Origin: Candidatus Latescibacterota bacterium
GTDB lineage: Bacteria; Latescibacterota; UBA2968; UBA8231
Direction of reading: 5' to 3'
Assembly: GCA_964291625.2 (NCBI GenBank)
Contig: OZ220089.1
Coordinates: 2,304,001-2,368,000 of the forward strand
Length of the DNA stretch: 64,000 nt
The notes beneath the pieces were generated by a model. The model ran no database searches and was not told where the DNA came from. It was given only the letters and a program-made list of their open reading frames with translations. The position numbers and the translations under genes are program-made. Positions 18,249 to 30,531 of the stretch are shown here, piece by piece (the first letter of the stretch is position 1; each line of letters begins with the position of its first letter).

Positions 18249-19179
18249 CGCCTAGGCGGTCCCCCGGACGCAACGGATAGCCCCGGGCAAAGGCCCCGCC
18301 CGACATCCGCTCTCGGCCGGCCGGCTGCACCTCGCCGAGACGCACGGCCCCGTCGGCGCAGGCCACGACCACTCCGTCCTCCGAGCCGCAGCGGAGCACC
18401 TCGCCCGGGCCCGCCGCTCGGGCGGCCGGCTCCACCCGCTCGACCCGATGCACCTTGAGCACGCCTCCCGCCCACTCGGTGAAGGCACCCGGCCACGGGT
18501 TGGCGCCGCGCACCCGGTTGCGCACCCGCTCGGCCGGCCAGCTCCAGTCGATGCGGCCGTCCTCGCGCGTCAGCTTCGGGGCCCGCGACACCCCCTCTTG
18601 CGGCTGGGGCCTCGGGCGCAGGCTGCCGTCCTCCATCCCGTCGAGGGACCGGATCAGCAGCCGGGCGCCGTCCTCGGCCAGCCGCGCCTCCAGCTCTCCG
18701 GCGGTCTCGTCGCCGCCGACGGTCACCTTCTCCTGGAGCAGGATGTCGCCCGCATCGACCCGCCGGTTCAGCAGAAAGGTGGTGACCCCCGTCTCGGTGC
18801 ACCCGTCGAACAGGGCCCACACGATGGGCGCCGCCCCCCGGTAGGCGGGCAGCAGGGACGGGTGCACGTTGACCGAGCCCAGGCGGGGCACGCGGAGCAG
18901 ACGCTCCGGAAGGATGGAGTAGGCGACCACCCCGAGGGCGTCCGGGGCCAGGGCCTTCAGCTGCTCTGCCAGGGCCGGGTCGCGCGGGGAATCGGGCTGG
19001 AGGACGGGGAGGCCGAGAGCGGCGGCGGCGGCCTTGACCGGCGGGGGCCGGAGCTGGCGGCCGCGGCCGGCGGCGCGGTCGGGATTGGTGACCACGGCGG
19101 CCACCTCGTGCCGGCTGGCGGCGAGGCGGCGCAGGGAGGGTACCGCGAAGTCGGGGTTGCCGAGGAGGACGACCTTCAG
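18226..19179 (-). CDS. fmt: Methionyl-tRNA formyltransferase, probable CTG start
   Basis: LKVVLLGNPDFA, VVTNPDR..GRG, NVHPSLLPAYRGAAPI, DAGDI, PWPGA. Confidence 0.92.
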   Translation of the reverse strand: MKVVLLGNPDFAVPSLRRLAASRHEVAAVVTNPDRAAGRGRQLRPPPVKAAAAALGLPVLQPDSPRDPALAEQLKALAPDALGVVAYSILPERLLRVPRLGSVNVHPSLLPAYRGAAPIVWALFDGCTETGVTTFLLNRRVDAGDILLQEKVTVGGDETAGELEARLAEDGARLLIRSLDGMEDGSLRPRPQPQEGVSRAPKLTREDGRIDWSWPAERVRNRVRGANPWPGAFTEWAGGVLKVHRVERVEPAARAAGPGEVLRCGSEDGVVVACADGAVRLGEVQPAGRERMSGGAFARGYPLRPGDRLGGESGDQG

Positions 19180-19514
19180 GACTTGGACTCGCCCTCGTCG
19201 CGGACTCGCGACACGGCGGAGCGGGACATCTCGACGCGGACGTTCTCGGCGATCTTCACCGTGATCACCTCGTCCTTCAGGTTGAGGATCACCCCGTGGA
19301 GGCCGCCGCTGGTGACGATCTTGTCCCCCTTCTTCAACTCGGAGATCATCTTCTGCTGCGACTTCTGCTTCTTGATCTGCGGCCTCAGGATCAGGAAGTA
19401 GAGGACGACGAACATCAGGACGTACGGCAGGATGACCAGGGGCGTGCCGCCCTGGCCTTCGCCGCCGCCGCCCATGGCGTGGGCGGGCTCCGCAAGGAGG
19501 AAGAGCAGGGTCAC
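19176..19514 (-). CDS. yajC: Preprotein translocase subunit YajC
   Basis: YFLILRPQ, LKKGDKIVTSGGLHG; tgt-yajC synteny. Confidence 0.95.
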   Translation of the reverse strand: MTLLFLLAEPAHAMGGGGEGQGGTPLVILPYVLMFVVLYFLILRPQIKKQKSQQKMISELKKGDKIVTSGGLHGVILNLKDEVITVKIAENVRVEMSRSAVSRVRDEGESKS

Positions 19515-19560
19515 ATCGGGCCTTTCGTGAGGGAGGATCGACCCGGAAAAATAGGCGCTC

Positions 19561-22262
<2,702 letters not shown>

Positions 22263-22277
22263 GGGTCTTCCCTCCTG

Positions 22278-23036
22278 CTACTGCGCGAACTCGCCCCGCA
22301 ACTCGGTGAGGGTGCGTTCGGAGGACGGCTCGCGAAAGTCCTGCCAGCGACGGATGGACCAGGTGGGATTCTCGTCGCTCGTCGTCACCAGGTCGATCTG
22401 CATGCGCCCTCGCACCTCGAAGATGCGCGCCTCCTGCTCGTCGCCGGGCTGGGTGGTGAAGTCGATGATGTACGGGAAAATATACGTCTCCAGCCGGGGA
22501 TCGTCCGGGTACAGCCTCTGCTCGTCCTCCTTCGCATCGAACCAGCGGCTGATGTTGATGCGCTGGAAGTTGCTGCGGTCGAGTAGATTGAAGGCGAAGC
22601 GGCGCTCGTCCTCGCGGGTCCACAGGGTGTCGGTGTCGGGGGGGTCGGGATGGTACCCGGGGGGCAGGTCGAAGACCTCCCCGAAGGGCTCCACCCCGGC
22701 GAGCTCGGGCGCGAAGAGGAAGTCCTCCGAGAGCTGGTCCATGTACTGGGTGGGGCTGAAGCCCTCGATGGAGTCTTCGAGGTTGAAGACGACCGCCTCC
22801 GACATGGTCGGGTCCCGAAGAAAGAGGAGGTCGCCGCTCGGACACTCCGGCAGGCGCGTCGACAACGGGCTCGACACACCGGAGTCGGCCTCGATGGCGG
22901 CGTCCCTGCACCGCGGGAAGGCGGTGAGATCCGTGTCCTTCGCGCAACGGCACTCGACCTCCGTGCCCTCCTCGAGTCCGCAGGCGGCCAGGAGCCACAG
23001 GGCCGGGGGCAGCAGGTAGCGAAGCCTGGAACTCAT
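22278..23036 (-). CDS. Lipoprotein, paralogous to the downstream lipoprotein
   Basis: Lipobox LAAC; YMDQLSEDFLF and WSIRRWQD. Confidence 0.75.
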   Translation of the reverse strand: MSSRLRYLLPPALWLLAACGLEEGTEVECRCAKDTDLTAFPRCRDAAIEADSGVSSPLSTRLPECPSGDLLFLRDPTMSEAVVFNLEDSIEGFSPTQYMDQLSEDFLFAPELAGVEPFGEVFDLPPGYHPDPPDTDTLWTREDERRFAFNLLDRSNFQRINISRWFDAKEDEQRLYPDDPRLETYIFPYIIDFTTQPGDEQEARIFEVRGRMQIDLVTTSDENPTWSIRRWQDFREPSSERTLTELRGEFAQ

Positions 23037-24076
23037 CCCGCCATCTCGGAGAGCGGCACCAGGGTGAAGCACAGGACCAGGAGGACGAAGCACAGGACCG
23101 CGATCGCCCGGCGGCGGCCGTCCAGGGGGATCGCGGCATGGTACGGAGGCGGGTGGCGGCGGCCGACGAGGGCCAGCAGCAGGGCGATCAGCAGCCACCC
23201 GGGCCACCCCCGCGGCAGGTCCCAGAGGACCGACATCACCCCGTAGAGGCCCATGGCCAGCAGGGTGGCGAAACACAGCCGGCTGACGGCGTGATGGCGG
23301 TCGCCGAGGAGGGCATAGGCGATGTGTCCGCCGTCGAGCTGGCCCACGGGCAGCAGGTTGAAGGCGGTGATCACCAGGCCCACCCACCCGGCGAAGGCGA
23401 CCGGGCTCAGGAGGACGATGCTGTCGTCGGCGGCGGGAAGCAGCCACGCCGAGAGCCCCTCGAACAACAGCGGCGAGCCCAGTTGCAGGACCCCGGGCCG
23501 CATGCTCTCCGGCAGCTCCAGCAAGTAGCCGGGCTCCACCACCTTGGACATGGGCAGCCCAACCAGGCAGGCGGCGACGGCCACAACCAGACCCGCCAGC
23601 GGGCCCGAGGCGCCGATGTCGAGAAGGGCGCGCTTGTGCGGGATCGGCGAGCGGATGCGGATCACGGCGCCGAGGGTGCCCAGCGGGGACAGGTAGGGCA
23701 GGGGGATGAAGTAGGGCAGGGAGGCCTTCACCCCCCACCTGCGGGCGGCGAAGTAGTGGCCGAACTCGTGCACCGTCAGAATGCCGAGGAGGGTGGCCGC
23801 GAAGGGCCAGCCCTCCACGAGGTGAACGAGCTGGCCGAGCTCCATCAGGGGGTCGACGCCCTGCTGCATGGCGCCGGCCACCATCATGGAGAACAGGGTC
23901 ATCAGGAACAGCAGCAGGTGGGTGGAGGGCCGCGGCGCCGTGGACGGCGGCGGGCGTCGGGCCTCGGACCAGGCCCCCTCGACTCCATACCTGGGTGAGT
24001 ACGGAGAGGATCCGTCCCAGTCCTCGAGGGGCTCCGTCGGGCGGAGCGGCATCCGTTGCCTCCGCCACCACTTCAT
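23033..24076 (-). CDS. Site-2 protease (M50) family intramembrane metalloprotease
   Basis: HEFGH zinc motif, GASGPLAG, NLLPVGQLDGGH. Confidence 0.92.
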   Translation of the reverse strand: MKWWRRQRMPLRPTEPLEDWDGSSPYSPRYGVEGAWSEARRPPPSTAPRPSTHLLLFLMTLFSMMVAGAMQQGVDPLMELGQLVHLVEGWPFAATLLGILTVHEFGHYFAARRWGVKASLPYFIPLPYLSPLGTLGAVIRIRSPIPHKRALLDIGASGPLAGLVVAVAACLVGLPMSKVVEPGYLLELPESMRPGVLQLGSPLLFEGLSAWLLPAADDSIVLLSPVAFAGWVGLVITAFNLLPVGQLDGGHIAYALLGDRHHAVSRLCFATLLAMGLYGVMSVLWDLPRGWPGWLLIALLLALVGRRHPPPYHAAIPLDGRRRAIAVLCFVLLVLCFTLVPLSEMAG

Positions 24077-24077
24077 C

Positions 24078-24998
24078 TCAGGCCCCCCGCATGACCAGAC
24101 TCACCCGGTGGCCGGCACCGAGTCCGTCCCCGAAGGGCAGGAAGGCGTAGTCCAGCTGCCAGGGGCGGGCCGTCAGGCCCAGCCCGAAGGCCGGACTCCC
24201 GGAGGCGGGAGTGCCGTACCCGGTGCGCACCACCAGGCGCGGCGACAGACGCCACTCCGCCCCCAGGTGCAGGCTCGGGCCGGTGCCCCGGCTCGCGCCC
24301 ACGTCGGCGGCGGCGGTCAGGGCGCCCCGCGCCAGGACCGCGCCGAGGCGGGCCTGCAAGGGCAGCTCGGTGGCCTCCCGGTCGAGGGCGTTCATCCGCC
24401 CCAGGTTGCGCACCGCCGCCCCGAGCCTCCAGGGGCCGCTCCCGTAGAGCAGCCCCAGGTCGGCGGCCAGTCCCGCGGAAGCCTCCACGTCGATCGACTG
24501 GCGCACCACCTTGGCGCCGATTCCCGTCCGCAGGCGCTCCCCCCAGGGGCGGGACCAGGCGGCGCCCGCCGTCCACTCGTAGAGGCCGAACTCCCCCAGG
24601 GGATCCCGGGTCGGGCCCAGACGGCGCTCCAGCCCTCCCGCATGGGCCAGGCGCACGTCGACAGCCAACACGTCGCCCGCCGCTCCCGTCCACAAGGCCG
24701 CGGCCTGCTCGTGGCGCATGCCGCCGATCCACTCCGTATGGCTGAGCACGGCCGAGGCGCCCGGGGCCAGGGCCGCCGGATTGAGGCTGGCCGCCGACGG
24801 ATCGGCGAGGGCCGTCGCCGCTCCCCCCAGGGCCGCGGACCGGGCCCCGGCGTCCTGGCGCAGGAATCCGAGACCGGTGTCGGCGTCGATGCCGCCGGGC
24901 CTCCAGCAGGCCCAAAGCGCGATCAGGACCGCCGGCAGAACCCGCCGCGGCCGGATGGGTTCCGGCCTTCGCACGGCCCCGGGCGCGCGGACCTTCAT
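24078..24998 (-). CDS. PorV/PorQ-like (FadL-related) outer-membrane beta-barrel
   Basis: GARSAALGGA...NPAALA hatch motif, ADLGLLY, LDYAFLPFGDGLG.GHRVSL. Confidence 0.8.
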   Translation of the reverse strand: MKVRAPGAVRRPEPIRPRRVLPAVLIALWACWRPGGIDADTGLGFLRQDAGARSAALGGAATALADPSAASLNPAALAPGASAVLSHTEWIGGMRHEQAAALWTGAAGDVLAVDVRLAHAGGLERRLGPTRDPLGEFGLYEWTAGAAWSRPWGERLRTGIGAKVVRQSIDVEASAGLAADLGLLYGSGPWRLGAAVRNLGRMNALDREATELPLQARLGAVLARGALTAAADVGASRGTGPSLHLGAEWRLSPRLVVRTGYGTPASGSPAFGLGLTARPWQLDYAFLPFGDGLGAGHRVSLVMRGA

Positions 24999-25948
24999 GG
25001 CAGTCGACCCGCAAGGCTGAAGACGGTGCGGGCGCCGGCGCCGATCTCGTCCGCCACGTACGCGTAGTGAACCTCGAAGGCCTCGACGCGCATGGGCCGG
25101 ACGGTGACACCGAAGGTGGGCCGGCCCACGCCCTCCCCCGCACCGGCGCGGTGCAGTCCTCCGCGCAGGGTCAACAGGTCGCCCAGCCTCCACTCGAGAC
25201 CGAGATGCCCGCGCAGCTCGCGGTCCCCCGCCGGGTCGAGGACCTCCGCCTCCACGGCGGCCATGGCCCCCGGGCGGAGGACGTGCGAGACCCCCACGGA
25301 GAGGGCGGATCGCAGGGCCTCCTCGGTGACGCTGGTCTGGTCGGAGAGCCGCTGCACCTTCCACGACAGCTTGTCGAGCAGGTTGCGCGCCGTTACCCCC
25401 AGGGCGGTCCGGGAGGACAGGCTCCAGCGAACCCCCAGATCGGCGCCGCGGCCGGTGGCCGTCGAGGCGCCGCTCACCGGCACCTCGATGCGATGCCGGA
25501 GGATCTTCAGGCTGGCGCCGATCTGCAGACGCACCGCGGGACGAAGGCCGAGGCCGAAGATCACGGCATCCTCGGCGCTCCCCAGGTCGCCGGTGGCCTC
25601 GCCCGAGCCGCTGCGCCCCCGCAGGCCGCCCACCCCGGCGTGCAGCCAGGCCAGGCCGAAGGCCAGGTCTCCCCTGGGGTTGATGGCCACCGCCAGTCCG
25701 GACCGCGTGCGGTCGAGGGACATGGGCTGGTACGAGGCCAGCATTCCCTTGCCGGTCGAGGTGGCCAGTCCCGCGGGGTTGTAGAGCACGGCGGCGGGCC
25801 CCTCGGCGGAGGCCGCCTGAGCGCCGCCCAGACCGAGGGCCCGGGCGCCGAGGCCGGTCTCGAGATAGGCGCCGCCGAGGCGCCCGGCAGCGGCCGGAGA
25901 CGCCGCCTGCCACACGATCAGGGCCGCGAGGGCGAGGGTGCGCCGCAT
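24995..25948 (-). CDS. PorV/PorQ-like outer-membrane beta-barrel
   Basis: GARALGLGGA...YNPAGL, GADLGV, VHYAY; signal peptide. Confidence 0.8.
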   Translation of the reverse strand: MRRTLALAALIVWQAASPAAAGRLGGAYLETGLGARALGLGGAQAASAEGPAAVLYNPAGLATSTGKGMLASYQPMSLDRTRSGLAVAINPRGDLAFGLAWLHAGVGGLRGRSGSGEATGDLGSAEDAVIFGLGLRPAVRLQIGASLKILRHRIEVPVSGASTATGRGADLGVRWSLSSRTALGVTARNLLDKLSWKVQRLSDQTSVTEEALRSALSVGVSHVLRPGAMAAVEAEVLDPAGDRELRGHLGLEWRLGDLLTLRGGLHRAGAGEGVGRPTFGVTVRPMRVEAFEVHYAYVADEIGAGARTVFSLAGRLP

Positions 25949-27632
25949 CAGTCCAGGACCACCACGTTGCCGAAGGCCCGGCTGCCGGACGCGGTCTCGA
26001 CGCGGAAGAAGTAGACGCCGTTGGCCACCTGGCCGCCGCCGTCGTCCAGGCCGTCCCAGGACTCGCGGTGGTGGCGGCCCCCCGGGCGGCTCTCGCCGTC
26101 CACGAGGGTGCGCACCTTGCGGCTCGAGAAATCGTAGATGTCGACGCTCACCTCGTCCGCCTCGGCCAGGCTGTACACGACCATGCAGCGCTGTCCCCGG
26201 GACGGCGCGAAGGGGCTCGGGGCGGCATAGGTCTTGGCCCCCCGGGCGTCGACCAGCCCCTCCCCCTCGATCATCCGGCCGGTGTCGATGGCCCGCACGC
26301 GCACCGGGAAGCTGAGGACCGTCCAGGTCCGGCCACCGTCCAGGGAACGGCCCAGGCCGTTGTCGGCACCGGCCCACAGGGCGACGCGCCCGTCGGGCAG
26401 GGAGAACCGCTCGACCCCGATGAAGGGGGCCCGCAGGAGATCCTGGTTCAGGATGTCCTGCACCGGCACCTCGACCCAGCTCTGCCCGTGGTCCGGGCTC
26501 AGGAGCAGACCCTCTTCGGTGCCCGCCCACACCGAGTCGGCGGCAAAGGCGAAATCCCAGGCGAAGGTGGGACCCGAGGAGGTCCAGGTGGCGCCGTCGT
26601 CCTCGGTGCGGTGGATGGACCGAACCTGCCCGGGGGGGTCGTCGGTGACGTCGGTACCGACCCAGACGACGGATCTCCCGTCGGGCCGGATCTGCCGCTC
26701 CACCGCCACCCCCCAGTTGGCGGAGAGGTGGCCCGGAAGAGCCTGGCCGGACTCGTCCCGCCGCGACCGGTGCACGGTCCAGGTGCGGCCGAAGTCGAAG
26801 CTGGAGGCCACGCCGAGGGCGGTGCCGATCCACACGGTGTCGCCGTAGGCGGCGACGGAGAAGGTGCGGTGGAGATAGCTCAGGGCGTCGACACTGTCGG
26901 CTTCGGCCTGCGCCCGGGCGATGACGTCCTCGGCAGCACCAGCCCTCTCGAGGCTGTCGACGCGGATCCGTTCGGTCTTGTCGTTGTAGACGATCCTGTC
27001 CGCCCCGCCCGGCAGCACCCGCTCCCAGGTCCGGCCGAAGTCGGTGGAGCGCACCGCCGAGCCGGCGAAGAACGTGGCCCACACGGTGTCGCCCTCGACG
27101 GCCAGCCCGAAACAGGCGTTCTCCACCGGACTCCATGGGCCGTCCTCGAACTCGGGGCGCAGCGTGTCGAAGAGGGCCTCGTTGGAGATCCGCTGCCAAC
27201 GGGCGCCGGCGTCGGTGGACCAGGAGATCCCGCTGCCGACCTGCCGGCTGCGATTGCCCACGGTCAGGGAATCGAAGAGGGTGGCCGCCCAGACCGTGTC
27301 TCCGTGGGCGGCCAGGGCGCTGACCGCACCCCGGCCCAGGCCGTTCTCTTCCGTGAAGGTGACCCAGTCGCCGGCCTCGAAGCCTTCCCCCCGTGAGCGA
27401 TCCAGGCGGGCCAGGCCCCGTTCCGTGGAGACCCACAGGTAGCGGCCGCTCCATACGACATCGGTGATGCTGGAGCCGAGCATGCCCGGCGTCGGGGGTG
27501 ACTCGGCATCCTGCAGAATCCGGTTGGAACGGCGCCGCGGCCGGGTGTCGAGGCCAGGAGCACGGCCACCAGACACGGGAGCCCGCCGTATCGAAGGAAG
27601 GGGACGGATGCCGCCGATCGCGCCTCAGGCAT
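25948..27632 (-). CDS. Secreted beta-propeller (Asp-box/BNR) protein with C-terminal FlgD-Ig domain; apparent frameshift near 27516
   Basis: Multiple SxDxGxTW Asp-boxes; PSPFAP...WDG...ANGVYF; the signal peptide is in a different frame from the body. Confidence 0.75.
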
Positions 27633-28455
27633 AGGTGGCGGCGCGCTCGTTCAGCGCCTCCACGGCCTCGCAGCCGATGCCGCAGTCGCCGACCCGCGGG
27701 CCCTCGGGTTCGCCGTGGCTGTCGGAGCCGCCGGACATGAGAAGGCCGTAGCGCCTGGAGATGCTCTGGTAGTGCTCGATCTGGGGCGGCTTGTGGGAGG
27801 GGTGGTAGACCTCGACACCGTCGAGGCCGGCGTCGACGAGCTCGGCGATCACCGTCTCCGAGACGGCCAGACCGGGATGAGCGAGAACGATGACGCCGCC
27901 GAGCTCGTGGACCAGACCGATGACCTCGGCCGCCGGGCTGCGCGGCTTCGGCACGTCGGCGGGCCGGCGGTCGCCGATGAAACGGTGGAAGGCCTCCTCC
28001 TTCGTCGGCACCGCCCCGATGGCGACCATGGCCGCGGCGATGTGGGGGCGTCCCAGGGGCCCGCCGGCGGCCCTCACCAGCACCTCCTCGAGGCTGACTC
28101 CGACACCGAGCTGATTGAGGCGGTGCACGATCGCCTCCCCGCGGTCGCGGCGGCGCTGGTGGAGAAGCTCGACGTAGGAGTCCAGGCGGCGGTCCTCGTA
28201 GTCGATGAAGTAGGCGAGCAGATGCAGTTCGCGGTCGTTGACGTGGGCGCTGAGCTCGGTGCCCGGAACCGTCACCACGCCGAACTCCCGTCCGGCGGCC
28301 GTCGCCTCCGCCACCCCCTCCACGGTGTCGTGGTCGGTCAGGCTCAGGACGCGGACCCCGGCGGAGGCCGCCTCCTCCACCACCTCTCGGGGTGTGCGCT
28401 GGCCGTCGGAGCAGGTCGAATGGGAATGCAGGTCGGCGAGATTGTACTGGGCCAC
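27625..28455 (-). CDS. PHP-domain phosphoesterase (TrpH/YciV-like)
   Basis: DLHSHSTCSDG, LTDHD, GRPHIA, LAHP, GGSDSHG. Confidence 0.92.
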   Translation of the reverse strand: MAQYNLADLHSHSTCSDGQRTPREVVEEAASAGVRVLSLTDHDTVEGVAEATAAGREFGVVTVPGTELSAHVNDRELHLLAYFIDYEDRRLDSYVELLHQRRRDRGEAIVHRLNQLGVGVSLEEVLVRAAGGPLGRPHIAAAMVAIGAVPTKEEAFHRFIGDRRPADVPKPRSPAAEVIGLVHELGGVIVLAHPGLAVSETVIAELVDAGLDGVEVYHPSHKPPQIEHYQSISRRYGLLMSGGSDSHGEPEGPRVGDCGIGCEAVEALNERAATYA

Positions 28456-28613
28456 CGGGGGCTTCCTTCAGTCTGGAAATCGAGCGCAACGGAGACGGAA
28501 GTCTCCCGCGGGCGAACAGGGGAAGATAGTGCCCTGCCGGAATCCGCGCGCAGTGCCGTCTCCGACACCGACTACCCCGGCCACGGTTCGGTTCCCCGTT
28601 CCCCGAACCGCGG

Positions 28614-30458
28614 CTAGCTCGCGGCGCCCTCCTGCAGCGGCAGCACGATGTGCGACGGGTGCCCCGGACTGTGGAGGATCGTCTGGTGGGCGATCTCCCA
28701 GCGGCTCTCGAGGCCGAGAGGCCCCCCGGTGTTGGGGTTGACGTCGAAGCGCGGCCAGTTGCTGCTGCTGATGTCCAGGCGGATGCGGTGGCCGCGGCGG
28801 AAGATATTGGATGTCGGATAGAGGTGGAACACGAACTCGTAGGGCGTCCCCGGCTCCATCAGCTCCGGCTGCGTCCAGCCGTTGCGGTAGCGGGCGCGGA
28901 GGATGGAGTCGGTGACGTTCATGGCGAATCCGTCCGGGTAGTCGGCCGACGGCGGATGGACGTCGATGAGCTTGGCGGTGAAGTCGGTGTCCCGCGCCGA
29001 CGAAGCCGCCCACAGATGCATGACGATGTGGCCGGTGACCTCCGTGTCCTCCTCCAGCTCCGGCGTCTGGAAGGTGAGGATGTCGCGGCGGCTGTTCAGC
29101 GGCAGCTCGTCGACGCAGCCGTAGAAGTCGGGCCGGCCCCGCTGGTCGAAGGCGCCGGGCGGGATGATGGTGTCGGCGGCCGAGATGCCACCCCCCATGG
29201 TGGGCACGGGATCCCGGGGGTCGAAGGTGTAGCCGGTGGACTGCGCCTCATCCGCCGCGGGCTCCTCGCGGGTGAGGCCGCCGCCGGCCCGCAGGTACCA
29301 GGACGACTCCACCGTGCCCGGCAGGGGCCAGTCGGGCTCGCTGCGCCAGTAGCCGCCGTGGTCGAGGCGGCGGTCGTAGTCGTGCTTGTTCATCCGCTGG
29401 CTGCCGGTGCCCATGGTGAAGATGCGCACCGGCGACCAGTCGGCGAACTCCGTCTCCATGCCCTTGAGGTAGTGGTCGAACCAGGCCAGCCGCAGGTCGT
29501 TCTGGTTGATGTGCGAGTGGGTCCCGAAGTCGACGTCCCCGGCGTGGGTCACCTCGTAGCCGCCGTGCGTCCAGGGCCCCATGAGCAGGACCTGCGGCGA
29601 CTGCTTGATGTCGCTGAGCTTGCGGTAGCTCGTGGGGGTGTTGCGGGCGTAGGAGTCGTACCAGCCGCCGAGATACAAGGTCGGCACGTCGGCGTGCTCG
29701 TCGTAGTACTCGTCGATGGCGTAGCCCCGCTGCTTCCAGTAGTCGTCGAACTCCCCGTGGGTCAGGATGTCGATGGCCCACTGCTCGTAGGACGGCAGCC
29801 GGCGCAGCACCGTGGCCCCCTTCCGCAGCGGGAACCGGCGCACGATGTCGGGCATGTCCTGGGTGAAGGCCTTCATGATTTCGGCCTGCAGGCCGGGGTC
29901 GGCCATGGCCTCCTTGCTCGTCATGGCCATGCGGAAGACGTATACGTGGAAGCGCTGCTCCAGGGCGCCGTTCTGGCGCATCGAGCCGTGGTAGTAGTTG
30001 GATGCGCCCACGGCCACGACCATGGTCCTCAGGTGCGAGGGCGCCAGAGTCGCGAGGGCGCTCTGGTCGCTGCCGGCGTACGAGCCTCCCATGGTGCCGA
30101 CCTCGCCGTTGCTCCACTCCTGGCCCCCGAGCCACTGGACCGTGTCGAAGCCGTCCGGCGCCTCCCGGGCGAAGGCGTACCACTCCCCCTCGGAGGCGAA
30201 GCGGCCGCGGACGTCCTGGATGACGGTCGCGTACCCCCGCCGGGCGAAGTACTCCGCATTGGTCACCTGCCGCGGCGCCGCCTTGTCGTACGGGGTCCGC
30301 TCGAGGATGACGGGAAAACGGCCGGCCGCGGGATCTTCCCCCACCGCGGGGAGGTAGACGTCGGCGGCGAGCCCCACGCCGTCGCGCATGGGGACCATGA
30401 CGTTCTTCCGGCAGATCACGTCGTAGGCGATGGGGGAACCATCGTATGGAGCCGTCAC
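28614..30458 (-). CDS. CocE/NonD family serine hydrolase
   Basis: MRDGV.LAADVY, RTPY, DVRGRF.SEG, nucleophile GGSY, GPWTH, SSSNWPRF. Confidence 0.92.
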   Translation of the reverse strand: MTAPYDGSPIAYDVICRKNVMVPMRDGVGLAADVYLPAVGEDPAAGRFPVILERTPYDKAAPRQVTNAEYFARRGYATVIQDVRGRFASEGEWYAFAREAPDGFDTVQWLGGQEWSNGEVGTMGGSYAGSDQSALATLAPSHLRTMVVAVGASNYYHGSMRQNGALEQRFHVYVFRMAMTSKEAMADPGLQAEIMKAFTQDMPDIVRRFPLRKGATVLRRLPSYEQWAIDILTHGEFDDYWKQRGYAIDEYYDEHADVPTLYLGGWYDSYARNTPTSYRKLSDIKQSPQVLLMGPWTHGGYEVTHAGDVDFGTHSHINQNDLRLAWFDHYLKGMETEFADWSPVRIFTMGTGSQRMNKHDYDRRLDHGGYWRSEPDWPLPGTVESSWYLRAGGGLTREEPAADEAQSTGYTFDPRDPVPTMGGGISAADTIIPPGAFDQRGRPDFYGCVDELPLNSRRDILTFQTPELEEDTEVTGHIVMHLWAASSARDTDFTAKLIDVHPPSADYPDGFAMNVTDSILRARYRNGWTQPELMEPGTPYEFVFHLYPTSNIFRRGHRIRLDISSSNWPRFDVNPNTGGPLGLESRWEIAHQTILHSPGHPSHIVLPLQEGAAS

Positions 30459-30531
30459 TCGTGCTCTCCTTGTGGAGGGATTGTCCCGGCCGGGAGCCCC
30501 CGCGCGGACCGGGAGTAGGTCCTTTCCGCGA

